Shown one piece after another: positions 5,563 to 14,348 of a DNA stretch of 16,536 nucleotides. Source of the DNA: Candidatus Hydrogenedentota bacterium (GTDB lineage Bacteria; Hydrogenedentota; Hydrogenedentia; Hydrogenedentales; SLHB01); contig JARKSN010000247.1 of NCBI GenBank assembly GCA_029974275.1, positions 1 to 16,536 of the forward strand. Reading direction: 5' to 3'. How positions within the stretch are numbered: position 1 is the first letter of the stretch; each line of letters starts with the position of its first letter. The notes under the pieces are model-generated. The model made no database searches and was not told the origin of the DNA. It was given only the letters and a program-made list of their open reading frames with translations. Position numbers and translations under genes: made by a program.

Positions 5563-8547
5563 ATGGGCGATACGACGCCAAAAAGGCCGGCCAAGGACCA
5601 TCGTGTTTGTGTTCGGCGGCCCTTCCGGTTCGCGGCGGCGGTTTTTGCGGCGTTGCTGGCGGCCTTGCCGGCGGCGGCGCTGCTGGCGGGCGATGTGGAC
5701 GGGTCCAATACGGTGGACAGCTTGGATGTCCAGATCGCCATTAATGCAGCGTTGCGGCTTCCGGTGCCGACGACGTATTGGCCGGACGTGGATTATAGCG
5801 GCGCTGTCGATGCATTGGATGTGCAACTGGTGATCAATGCGGCGCTGCGGCTCCCGGTCGACATCGACGGCGATGGCATTTGCGACGCCGCCGACGTCAA
5901 TCTCTTCACGCATATCGATTCCTTCGCCATCAACGGCGGGGCCGCCACGGCCAATGATCGCTCCGTCTATCTCAACCACGTATGCATCGGCGCCCCCACC
6001 GACTACATGGCCAGCGAATCAGCGGATTTCGCCGGAGCGCAGTGGCGGCCGTATTCGACGGCGCCGTTGTTCGTGTTGTCGGAAGGAAACGGCGCCAAAA
6101 CCGTTCATTTCAAGGTAAGGCGCTTCGTGAAGGACTCGAACACGCTCAGCGATGCGATAGCGCTTTCCTATGCGCCCACGCCGCCCACGTTGCAGTCGTT
6201 CGCCATCAACAACGGCGCGCCCGCCGCCGCTGGGCGAACCATCATCCTGAACAACATTTGCGTGGGCGGGCCGGACGAATGCCTGGCCAGCGAATCCGCT
6301 TCGTTCGAAGGCGCGGCGTGGCAGCCGTATTCCAGCGCCCCGTCGTTTGCCCTCGCGACGCCTGGCAACGGCGTCAAGACGGTCTATTTCAAGACGCGCA
6401 ACGCCCTTGGCGAATCGGCGACGCTCTCCGACCAAATTTCGCTGAACGAGCCTGTGCCGCCGGTGGTGACCGCGTTTCACATCAACAACGGCGACGCGCA
6501 AACCGGGAACCGGATCGTGACGTTGCATAACGTTTGCCTCAACGCGCCCACGCAGTATATGGCGAGCGGCGCGCCAAGTTTTTCAGGCGCTTCCTGGCAG
6601 CCGTATGCCGCGGCGCCGGCGTTTGTCTTGCCGGCGGGCAACGGGACCAAGACGGTCTATTTCAAGACGCGCAATGCCTATGGCGAGTCGTCCGTCGCGC
6701 AGGACGCGATAGAGCTCAAAGAACTGCAACTCGAGTGGAGTCGGAGCGTATTCGATCTTTCGCGGCGCGACAGCCATGCCGCCGTCGCATTGGGAGACGC
6801 CGTATGGGTTTTGGGCGGCAAGGGCAACGACGGCGCAAAGCTCAACGACGTCTGGCGGTCCGAGGACGGCGCGACGTGGACGCTTGCCACCCCTGCCGCT
6901 CCGTGGGCCGCGCGCACAGGACATGCCGCCGTCGCGTTCCATGGGCGCATCTATGTCATCGGCGGTTTTTCGGCGGCGGGCGCGCAACGCGATGTTTGGT
7001 CATCGGACAACGGCGTCGAGTGGCGCATCGAAACCCTACAGGCGCCGTGGTCGGCGCGATCGGCGCATGCCGCCCTCGTCTACCAAAACAAACTGTGGGT
7101 GATCGGCGGTTTCGATGTCCAAGGAAATCGCGTCAACGACGTGTGGCACAGCGACGACGGCGTCACGTGGTTGCCGAAGACCGCCGCCGCCGCATGGACC
7201 GGACGCGATGGCATCACCGCCGCCACGACCGGCGAAGGCACGCCGGACGCGCGAATGTGGATTCTCGGCGGACGCACCGCGTCGGAATACCCCGTCAGCG
7301 AGGTCTGGTGGTCGGCGGATGGCTCCACGTGGACGCAAGCCGCCGCACCGGGCTGGGAAGCGCGGCACTCCCACGCGACCGTGGTCACGAGCGCCGGCGC
7401 GATGTGGGTGATCGGCGGCATTGGAGCGAACTACAAGTACTTGCGCGACGCCTGGCATTCGACCAACGGCGCGACGTGGACTCGGGCCACGGGCGTATCC
7501 GGCGCGCCGTGGTCGGGACGCGGAAAACACGCCGCGGCCGTGACGGCGGGCGACGTGCTGTGGGTCCTCGGCGGCGAAGACGTGAACGTCACGTCCCTGC
7601 GCGACGTCTGGCACTCAACCGATGGCAACGCCTGGGCCCTCGCCAATGTTGCGATGCAGTGGGACGCGCGCCAAGACCACGCCGCGGTTGTCTCCACAGG
7701 GGCGATCGGATCGTATTTGTGGGTCCTTGGCGGCCGTGACGACGCCGAGAACCGCCTGCGCGATGTCTGGCGCACCGGCGACGGCGCAACGTGGACAAGG
7801 ACGACGGCCTCGGCGGAATGGAGCGCGCGCGCAGGCCTTGCCGCTACTGCCGCCGCCGATGGCAAGCTGTGGGTGTTCGGCGGATCCACCGATGTCGCGC
7901 CGGCAGCCGTGACGAACGATGTCTGGCACTCGACCAATGGCGCAACGTGGCTGCGGCAGACTGCCGGAGCGGAATGGCCGGCGCGCGCATACCACGCCTC
8001 CGCGTCGTTTCTGGGCAAACTCTGGATCGCCGGCGGCATGAACAGCGCCGGCGCGCCGCTGAATGACGTGTGGACTTCCGATACGGGCGCCACATGGACG
8101 AACGCGGGGCCCGCGCCATGGCCGGCCCGATCGCGGCATAGCATGATCGTGTTTTTGGACAAACTCTGGGTCGTCGGCGGCATGGACGCGAATTGGACTC
8201 CGTTCAACGACGTCTGGCACACCCAAAACGGCACGTCGTGGACCAAGGCGAGCGGCGCGGGCGCCCCTTGGTCCGCGCGGGCGGCCGCCGCCATGGCCGT
8301 TTTCGATGGCAAACTGTGGCTGCTCGGAGGCGGACGCTACACGATCGCCACGGGGATCTGGGCGACGTACGCCGATGCGTGGCACTCGGCCGACGGCCAA
8401 ACGTGGGCCCTTGCATTGACGGGAGCCGCTTCGCCCGCCGGACGCTACGGCTGCGCCGCCGCCGCCTATGACGGCAGGCTTTGGCTCCTTGGCGGACTCA
8501 TTTCGGGCGCGCCTATCGATGTATGGCACGCCTCTCTTGCGCCGTGA
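5563..8547 (+). CDS. Secreted modular protein: signal peptide + dockerin-like domain + 3 Ig-like repeats + 12 Kelch/Asp-box repeats (about 994 aa)
   Basis: AGGAG RBS at 5551 and ATG at 5563. Basic then hydrophobic signal peptide. Paired GDVDGSNTVDSLDVQIAINAAL / PDVDYSGAVDALDVQLVINAAL dockerin-type Ca loops. Three ~95-aa FxINxG...W.PY...GNG.KTVxFK.R repeats (~5915-6720). Twelve R..H.A...lWV.GG...DVW.S.DG.TW repeats (~6760-8544). Confidence 0.9.
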   Translation: MGDTTPKRPAKDHRVCVRRPFRFAAAVFAALLAALPAAALLAGDVDGSNTVDSLDVQIAINAALRLPVPTTYWPDVDYSGAVDALDVQLVINAALRLPVDIDGDGICDAADVNLFTHIDSFAINGGAATANDRSVYLNHVCIGAPTDYMASESADFAGAQWRPYSTAPLFVLSEGNGAKTVHFKVRRFVKDSNTLSDAIALSYAPTPPTLQSFAINNGAPAAAGRTIILNNICVGGPDECLASESASFEGAAWQPYSSAPSFALATPGNGVKTVYFKTRNALGESATLSDQISLNEPVPPVVTAFHINNGDAQTGNRIVTLHNVCLNAPTQYMASGAPSFSGASWQPYAAAPAFVLPAGNGTKTVYFKTRNAYGESSVAQDAIELKELQLEWSRSVFDLSRRDSHAAVALGDAVWVLGGKGNDGAKLNDVWRSEDGATWTLATPAAPWAARTGHAAVAFHGRIYVIGGFSAAGAQRDVWSSDNGVEWRIETLQAPWSARSAHAALVYQNKLWVIGGFDVQGNRVNDVWHSDDGVTWLPKTAAAAWTGRDGITAATTGEGTPDARMWILGGRTASEYPVSEVWWSADGSTWTQAAAPGWEARHSHATVVTSAGAMWVIGGIGANYKYLRDAWHSTNGATWTRATGVSGAPWSGRGKHAAAVTAGDVLWVLGGEDVNVTSLRDVWHSTDGNAWALANVAMQWDARQDHAAVVSTGAIGSYLWVLGGRDDAENRLRDVWRTGDGATWTRTTASAEWSARAGLAATAAADGKLWVFGGSTDVAPAAVTNDVWHSTNGATWLRQTAGAEWPARAYHASASFLGKLWIAGGMNSAGAPLNDVWTSDTGATWTNAGPAPWPARSRHSMIVFLDKLWVVGGMDANWTPFNDVWHTQNGTSWTKASGAGAPWSARAAAAMAVFDGKLWLLGGGRYTIATGIWATYADAWHSADGQTWALALTGAASPAGRYGCAAAAYDGRLWLLGGLISGAPIDVWHASLAP

Positions 8548-10520
8548 CGTGCGCGCGTGCAAGACGTCTTGATGCTGTCGCGCGCTTTCTCAACGGCGTG
8601 CGGCGGCGTCCCCTTTTTCTTCCGCTTGCGTTGATCTTTTTCGCAACGCTCGTCTTGGTGAGCCCCGTTGCGGATTTTCCGCTGAACGATGATTGGGTCT
8701 ACGGCAAAAGCGTCCAGATGTCGCTCGATCAAGGCCGCATCGTCATTCACCCATTCTCCATGACGTTCGCGCCGCTTCACATTGCATGGGGCGCGGCGTG
8801 GACGGCGATTTTCGGCTTCAGTTACACCGTGCTGCGCGCCTCCACGCTTGTATGGGCGCTGGCAGGGGCGTATGCCGTGGCGTGGGGCCTGCGGGCGCTG
8901 GGCGTGACGTGGCGCGTGGCGCTGTTCGCCGGGGCCCTGACGCTGCTGAATCCGCTCTATCTCAACCTAAGTTATACGTTCATGACGGACGTGCCGTTTG
9001 CGGCATGGAGCGCCGTGGCGGGTTTCTTCTGCCTGCGCGCGCTCCGCAGCGAACGGACGGCGGATATTTTGGCGGCGGCGGCGTGTTGCGTAGGCGTGGC
9101 GCTTGTCCGGCAGTTCGGCGTGTTGATCGCGGCGGCGTATGTGGCAGTTCTTGCGCTGGCATGGTTGCGAAAGCGGCGCCAACCTGCCGTGACGCACGTC
9201 GCCGCGTTCCTCCTGCCGTGGGTTCCTGCCGCGGCGTATGCCTATGCCTATGCGCGCCGCGATGGCGATTCGAGCCTGATCCTGCCGGACGAGCAGGCCG
9301 CCACGGGCTTTCTCCGCCAGGCGTCTGTTTTCTTTGAGGATGCGGCGTTGTGGTGCGGTTCGACGGGCGCCGTCCTTTTGCCGCTTCTTGTCGCGCTGGC
9401 GTATGCGGCGGTGGCGCGTCGTCGCGGCAGAGGATGGATCCGGATTGCATTGACCTTCGCCGCCATGGTCGGTTACGTTTTCGGCGTCATTGCTTTGGGG
9501 CTGAGTCCATTGTTGATGCAAGGCATCGAGACGTTGGGCGCATGGGTGTGGGAGGCCCTGCGATTCACCTATCTGTCCTTGGTTGCTCTGATGTACGTAG
9601 GCCTTTTTCTGGCCCCGCTTGGACTTGTTCGATTGTGGGCCATGGCGACGCGCCGGGAACGATGGGGCAAAGCCCGGTGGCGGACTTTTCTGGCATTTGT
9701 CGTTGCGGCGCAGACGCTGTGTTGTGGCGTGGCGAAGCACCACTTGCCGCTGTTGCGAAACATGCTGACCGACCTCGGCGTCGGTCCGCGCACGCTCGTC
9801 GAACCGTACCATCTTCACCCGTTCTGGGCCCCCGTGTCGATCGGCGGCGGGTGGTGGGTGATCACCGAGATCGCCCTCTTGACGGCGGGCATTCTGTTTT
9901 GCGACGGCATAGCCCTGTGCAGGCGGTCCTGGCGCGAGATCCAAACGCCGGAAAAGGAATTCGCATCGCGGCAGGGCCTGTTTTTGCTGCTGTGGGCCGC
10001 CATGATGACGGCGGCGCTGCTAGGACCCTGGATCAGCGCGCTCTATGACCGGTATCTCGTGCAGGCGCTGGTTCCGTGGTGTCTTGTGTTCGCATACACA
10101 ACGGCCAAGCGGCCTTCGCCGGGCCGGGCGGCGTGGGGCTTGGGCATCGCGGGGCTGCTGATTGTCGCCGCGTTCGGCGTGGCGTGTTTGCAGGACTATC
10201 TCGCGTGGAACCGGGCGCGCTGGGACGCAGTCCAACTGCTGCACGAACGGTTCCACGCGACCCCGGCGCAAGTGGACGGCGGCTACGAGTACAACGGTCT
10301 CTACACCAGCGATGGATATCAGGACCGAATGCGCGACAAAGGCGGGATGGAGGATAGCCGGGCCGGATGGTACCTGATCGACAATCAATACACGATATCC
10401 TTCCTGCCTCGCGAGGGCTACCGAGAGATCGCGCGCGCGCCGTATTTCTCCTGGCTGGGCATGGAGCGCCGAGAACTCCTTGTGGAAGAGCGGACCGATC
10501 CGGATACAGCGCACAACTAG
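8544..10520 (+). CDS. GT-C fold integral membrane glycosyltransferase (ArnT/PMT-like)
   Basis: Many hydrophobic segments. An acidic DFPLNDDWVY motif follows TM1, then FMTDVPF, RQ and DRY motifs and a soluble C-terminal tail. The start is uncertain: GTG 8544 (GTGA overlap with the upstream stop) or ATG 8523. Confidence 0.75.
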   Translation: MTCARARRLDAVARFLNGVRRRPLFLPLALIFFATLVLVSPVADFPLNDDWVYGKSVQMSLDQGRIVIHPFSMTFAPLHIAWGAAWTAIFGFSYTVLRASTLVWALAGAYAVAWGLRALGVTWRVALFAGALTLLNPLYLNLSYTFMTDVPFAAWSAVAGFFCLRALRSERTADILAAAACCVGVALVRQFGVLIAAAYVAVLALAWLRKRRQPAVTHVAAFLLPWVPAAAYAYAYARRDGDSSLILPDEQAATGFLRQASVFFEDAALWCGSTGAVLLPLLVALAYAAVARRRGRGWIRIALTFAAMVGYVFGVIALGLSPLLMQGIETLGAWVWEALRFTYLSLVALMYVGLFLAPLGLVRLWAMATRRERWGKARWRTFLAFVVAAQTLCCGVAKHHLPLLRNMLTDLGVGPRTLVEPYHLHPFWAPVSIGGGWWVITEIALLTAGILFCDGIALCRRSWREIQTPEKEFASRQGLFLLLWAAMMTAALLGPWISALYDRYLVQALVPWCLVFAYTTAKRPSPGRAAWGLGIAGLLIVAAFGVACLQDYLAWNRARWDAVQLLHERFHATPAQVDGGYEYNGLYTSDGYQDRMRDKGGMEDSRAGWYLIDNQYTISFLPREGYREIARAPYFSWLGMERRELLVEERTDPDTAHN

Positions 10521-10535
10521 GACCGCGGAGGGGAG

Positions 10536-12044
10536 ATGCCCGACTATCAAGCCGAATGGAAACGATTTCGCCAGGCACTCAATGAGGTGTACGATTTGCG
10601 CGCCGCGATCGCGTTGCTGCAATGGGACCAAGAGGTGTTCATGCCGCCCAAGGGAGCCCTCGCGCGAGGTTGCCAACTGGCCACGCTCTCGGCGCTTGCC
10701 CATCGCGCGTTCACGGCCCCTGAATGGGGCGAACGGCTCGATAAGCTCGCCGGCGCTGATCACGCCATCTCCACGGATGAACGTCTGCTGATCGCCGAAA
10801 CGCGGCATGACTACCTCCGTGCGACGCGACTGCCCGAGTCGTTCGTTCACGCGTTTGCCGCTGCCCAGAGCGCCGCATACGAGGCATGGGCGCACGCCCG
10901 GGCGCAGTCGGATTTTGCGGCGTTTCGCCCGCATCTCGAAACGATGGTGGAACTGGCCCGGCAAAAAGCAGACTACCTGGGTTACGAGGGATCGCCTTAC
11001 GATGCGCTCTTGGAAGAGTACGAACGCGGCATGACCGTGGCCCAGTTGCGACCGTTGTTGGCAGACCTCGCCGCGGCGCAGGGGGCGTTGGCCGGACGCA
11101 TCGCGGCGAACAATCCCCAACCCGATGCCGGGTGGCTCGAACAAGAATGGAACGAAGAAGCGCAATGGAAACTCACGTGCCGCGTTCTGCGCGACATGGG
11201 CTTCGATTTCTCCGCCGGGCGTCAGGACCGATCGCTGCACCCGTTCACCACCAACTTCGATCTCTGCGATGTCCGCATCACGACGCGCACAAACCCGCGC
11301 GAACTCTTCTCCGCGTTGACAGGATCGATGCACGAAGGCGGCCACGCCCTCTACGAGCAAGGATTCCTGGAAAACGACCGGCGCACAACCCTTGCCGAAG
11401 GCATCTCCCTCGGCATCCACGAATCGCAATCGCGAATGTGGGAAAACATCATCGGCAAAAGCCTTCCGTTCTGGAAACGCTACGCGCCGATCGTCCGACA
11501 GGCCTTTCCGGGACAACTCGACGCCGTAACCCCGGAACAGTTCTACGCGGCGATCAACCGGGTGCAGCCCTCGCTCATCCGCGTCGAGGCCGATGAATGC
11601 ACGTATAATCTGCATATCGTGCTGCGGTTCGAGATTGAAGTCGCGTTGATCGAAGGCGACTTGGCCGTCGCGGACGTGCCCGGCGCTTGGAATGAAAAAA
11701 TGCGCCGCTATCTGGGCATCGATGTGCCCGACGACGCGCGCGGGTGCTTGCAGGACATCCACTGGGCGCACGGTTCCATGGGCTATTTCCCGACCTACGC
11801 GCTCGGAAATTTATACGCGGCGCAGTTGTTCGAGGCGATGTCGCGCGATCTCCCGGAGCTGTGGTCCTTTGTCGAGGCAGGCGATTTCGGGCCGCTGCGC
11901 GAGTGGCTGCGAATCCGCGTTCATCAAGTGGGGCGCAGAAAGACCGCCGTCGCGCTGCTTCAGGACGTGACGGGACAGCCCCCCTCCGCGGGACCGTTCC
12001 TGGCATACCTCACGCGCAAATACGAATCCCTATACGGGTCTTGA
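10536..12044 (+). CDS. Peptidase family M32 carboxypeptidase (carboxypeptidase Taq-like)
   Basis: LLQWDQEVFMP, HPF, HEGGH Zn motif, HESQSR, IRVEADE, GCLQDIHW and GYFPTYALG signatures. GGAGG RBS. 502 aa. Confidence 0.97.
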   Translation: MPDYQAEWKRFRQALNEVYDLRAAIALLQWDQEVFMPPKGALARGCQLATLSALAHRAFTAPEWGERLDKLAGADHAISTDERLLIAETRHDYLRATRLPESFVHAFAAAQSAAYEAWAHARAQSDFAAFRPHLETMVELARQKADYLGYEGSPYDALLEEYERGMTVAQLRPLLADLAAAQGALAGRIAANNPQPDAGWLEQEWNEEAQWKLTCRVLRDMGFDFSAGRQDRSLHPFTTNFDLCDVRITTRTNPRELFSALTGSMHEGGHALYEQGFLENDRRTTLAEGISLGIHESQSRMWENIIGKSLPFWKRYAPIVRQAFPGQLDAVTPEQFYAAINRVQPSLIRVEADECTYNLHIVLRFEIEVALIEGDLAVADVPGAWNEKMRRYLGIDVPDDARGCLQDIHWAHGSMGYFPTYALGNLYAAQLFEAMSRDLPELWSFVEAGDFGPLREWLRIRVHQVGRRKTAVALLQDVTGQPPSAGPFLAYLTRKYESLYGS

Positions 12045-12053
12045 TCGCCCCCG

Positions 12054-12362
12054 TCAGGGCATCGCGTGCTCGGCCGGCTGTTTTTGCACGACCTCGCGGA
12101 ACAGTCGCGCCGCGTGCCCATGGACCGTTTCGCGATCGATCCAGTAGTACACATCCCGGTGCAGCTTTCGCGATCGCACAATGCCGGCATCCTTCAGAAT
12201 GCGCAGATGGTGGGATACGGTGGGTTGCGGTATTCCCAACTCAAGGGCCAACTCCGATACGTTATAGACGGCCTCGCACTGGCCGCTGTCGGGCAGCAGC
12301 TCCAAGATTCGAAGACGCAATGGATCTCCCAGCGCTTTCAATGCGCAACTCAGCTTTTCCAT
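12054..12362 (-). CDS. ArsR/SmtB-family transcriptional regulator (about 102 aa)
   Basis: LKALGDPLRLRILELL...VSELALELGIPQPTVSHHLRILKDAGIV...VYY winged-HTH signature. The likely start is ATG 12362 after a G-rich RBS. Confidence 0.93.
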   Translation of the reverse strand: MEKLSCALKALGDPLRLRILELLPDSGQCEAVYNVSELALELGIPQPTVSHHLRILKDAGIVRSRKLHRDVYYWIDRETVHGHAARLFREVVQKQPAEHAMP

Positions 12363-12421
12363 TGATCTTTTCCCCCCGCCCCAACGTTTCGTCAATCGAT
12401 TCGCCCTACAGGCACATAGGA

Positions 12422-12452
12422 ACATTAAGGACCATTCAGGCCCGAATGTCAA
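12422..12452 (-). promoter_or_regulatory. Candidate promoter/operator for the ArsR gene
   Basis: Perfect TTGACA on the minus strand at 12452-12447. The -10 is weak (CTTAAT at 17 bp or TAATGT at 19 bp). A 16-bp palindrome CATTCAGG|CCCGAATG (7/8 complementary) spans 12433-12448. Confidence 0.45.
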
Positions 12453-12583
12453 TAGCCATTTTCGCGGGAAAACGGTCCTTGGAAGCGCGACGACGCAATA
12501 CGGAAATACCCCCTCTCCGGAAAACGCCATCGAATCAGCTACGCGCCCGCCCCGTCTCGCATTGGCGGGATCCGGAGGCGCTT

Positions 12584-12592
12584 TGCTACAAT
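12584..12592 (+). promoter_or_regulatory. Candidate extended -10 promoter for the thi operon
   Basis: TGCTACAAT (TGn + TACAAT), about 150 bp upstream of the thiF/moeB start. Confidence 0.5.
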
Positions 12593-12742
12593 GGCCGCAG
12601 CGTTCTTGGCGCGTCTTCCGTATCGCGAAGGAGGCGTTTGCCGCAGGTTGCTCGTGTTACGGCGCGGCATGTTTTCCGCCTGCAGCGTGTTTAGGTCCGC
12701 AGGCAGAGGGTGCGAAGAAGCCAAGAGGAGTCGATCCCAATC

Positions 12743-13501
12743 ATGTTGACGGAGTTTGATCGTTCGCGGTATCAGCGCAATGTGCTGGTGCCAGGATTTG
12801 GCGAAAAGGGACAACTGTTGCTCGCCAAGGCGCGGGTGTGTCTTGTCGGCGCCGGCGGATTGGGAAGTCCCGTGGCGTACTACTTGGCCGCTGCCGGGGT
12901 GGGCGCGTTGGGCATCGTCGATTCCGACCGCGTCGAACTGTCGAATTTGCAACGCCAGATTCTCCACGGCACGACCGACGTCGGGCGTCTCAAAACGGAA
13001 TCCGCCGCCGAACGCATCGCCGCGCTGAATCCAGACGTCGCGTTGCAGACGATCCCGGAACGCCTGACGGCGGAAAACGCCGAGGCCATCTTGTCGGCCT
13101 ATGACGTCGTCGTCGAGGCGAGCGACAATTTTGCGACGAAGTATCTTATCAACGACACGTGCCTCGTGTTGCGCAAACCGTTCGCGACGGCGGGCATTTT
13201 GTCGATGTCGGGGCAGGGCATGTTTGTCGCGCCGGGCCAGACGGCGTGCCTGCGATGCGTTGTTGCGGAGCCGCCGGAGAACGTGCCGACGACTGCCGAA
13301 CTTGGCGTGCTGGGCGCAGTGCCGGGCATCTTGGGCAGTCTCGAAGCGCTGGAAGTCATCCGCTATCTGACCGGTTATTGGAAACCGCGTCCCAATGGCG
13401 AGGTCTTGGTGCATAGCGTCGACGGCGATGGCCCGCGTCTACGCACAATGGCCTGCCCGCGCCGGGAAACGTGCCGCTGCGCACCGTTGTGGCGCGACTA
13501 G
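12743..13501 (+). CDS. thiF: ThiF/MoeB/HesA-family sulfur-carrier adenylyltransferase
   Basis: RYQRN, GAGGLG nucleotide-binding loop, [24 protein letters not shown] and [17 protein letters not shown]. The symbol rests on adjacency to thiG/thiH. Confidence 0.85.
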   Translation: MLTEFDRSRYQRNVLVPGFGEKGQLLLAKARVCLVGAGGLGSPVAYYLAAAGVGALGIVDSDRVELSNLQRQILHGTTDVGRLKTESAAERIAALNPDVALQTIPERLTAENAEAILSAYDVVVEASDNFATKYLINDTCLVLRKPFATAGILSMSGQGMFVAPGQTACLRCVVAEPPENVPTTAELGVLGAVPGILGSLEALEVIRYLTGYWKPRPNGEVLVHSVDGDGPRLRTMACPRRETCRCAPLWRD

Positions 13502-13556
13502 AGGCGCAGTGGGGCATAACGCCGAAATTCCGCTCTTTGTGTTCACAGGAGATGCC

Positions 13557-14348
13557 ATGAACGATGCATTGACAATCGCCGGGCGGACATTCCGCTCGCG
13601 CTTGATGGTAGGCACGGGGAAATTTCCGTCCGCGCAGGCGTTGAAGGCCACCCTCGACGCGTCGGACGCGGAGATCGTGACGGTTGCGTTGCGCCGCGCG
13701 GATTTGTCGAAACCTGCCGAGGGCAGCATTTTGTCGGTGATTGACCGGTCGCGGCATTTGCTGTTGCCGAACACCTCCGGCGCGCGCACGGCGGACGAGG
13801 CGGTGCGTCTCGCGAAATTGGCGCGTGCGGCGGGACTCGAACCGTGGGTCAAACTCGAACTGACGCCGGAGCCGCGTCATTTGTTGCCGGACCCGATCGA
13901 GACGTTGCGCGCGGCGGAGACGTTGGTAAAGGACGGGTTTATTGTGCTGCCATACATTCAGGCGGACCCGGTCCTTGCGAAGCGGCTCGAAGAAATCGGC
14001 ACGGCGACGGTGATGCCGCTGGGCGCGCCCATTGGCACAAATCGCGGGTTGCGCACGCGCGACCTCATCAAGATCATCATCGAGCAGGTGAACATCCCCG
14101 TCGTGGTCGACGCAGGCTTGGGCGCGCCGTCGCATGCCGCCGAGGCGATGGAACTCGGCGCGGACGCGGTGCTCGTGAACACCGCGCTTGCCGACGCCGC
14201 CGACCATGCCGCGATGGGCCGCGCATTCGCCCTCGCGACGGAGGCGGGCCGTTTGGCGCACTTGGCCGGTCTCGGCCCCGAACGTACGGCCCCCGAGGCG
14301 TCGTCGCCGTTGACCGGTTTCTTGTTCCGCGGAGAAGCCTCGACATGA
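13557..14348 (+). CDS. thiG: Thiazole synthase
   Basis: [30 protein letters not shown] (catalytic Lys), [42 protein letters not shown] and ASSP. AGGAG RBS precedes ATG 13557. Confidence 0.97.
   Translation: MNDALTIAGRTFRSRLMVGTGKFPSAQALKATLDASDAEIVTVALRRADLSKPAEGSILSVIDRSRHLLLPNTSGARTADEAVRLAKLARAAGLEPWVKLELTPEPRHLLPDPIETLRAAETLVKDGFIVLPYIQADPVLAKRLEEIGTATVMPLGAPIGTNRGLRTRDLIKIIIEQVNIPVVVDAGLGAPSHAAEAMELGADAVLVNTALADAADHAAMGRAFALATEAGRLAHLAGLGPERTAPEASSPLTGFLFRGEAST

Noticed and set aside
10020..11771. 583-aa minus-strand ORF
   Set aside because: Antisense to the well-supported M32 peptidase and GT genes, with no motifs. A typical high-GC shadow ORF.
12562..12759. 65-aa ORF upstream of thiF as a possible ThiS
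   Set aside because: Right size, but no C-terminal GG and no ThiS-like sequence. It also overlaps the candidate promoter and the thiF start.
13395..14344. Long N-terminal extensions of ThiG (from 13395) and ThiH (from 13844) suggesting fusions
   Set aside because: They overlap the upstream genes in other frames. The RBS and the ATGA coupling support starts at 13557 and 14345.
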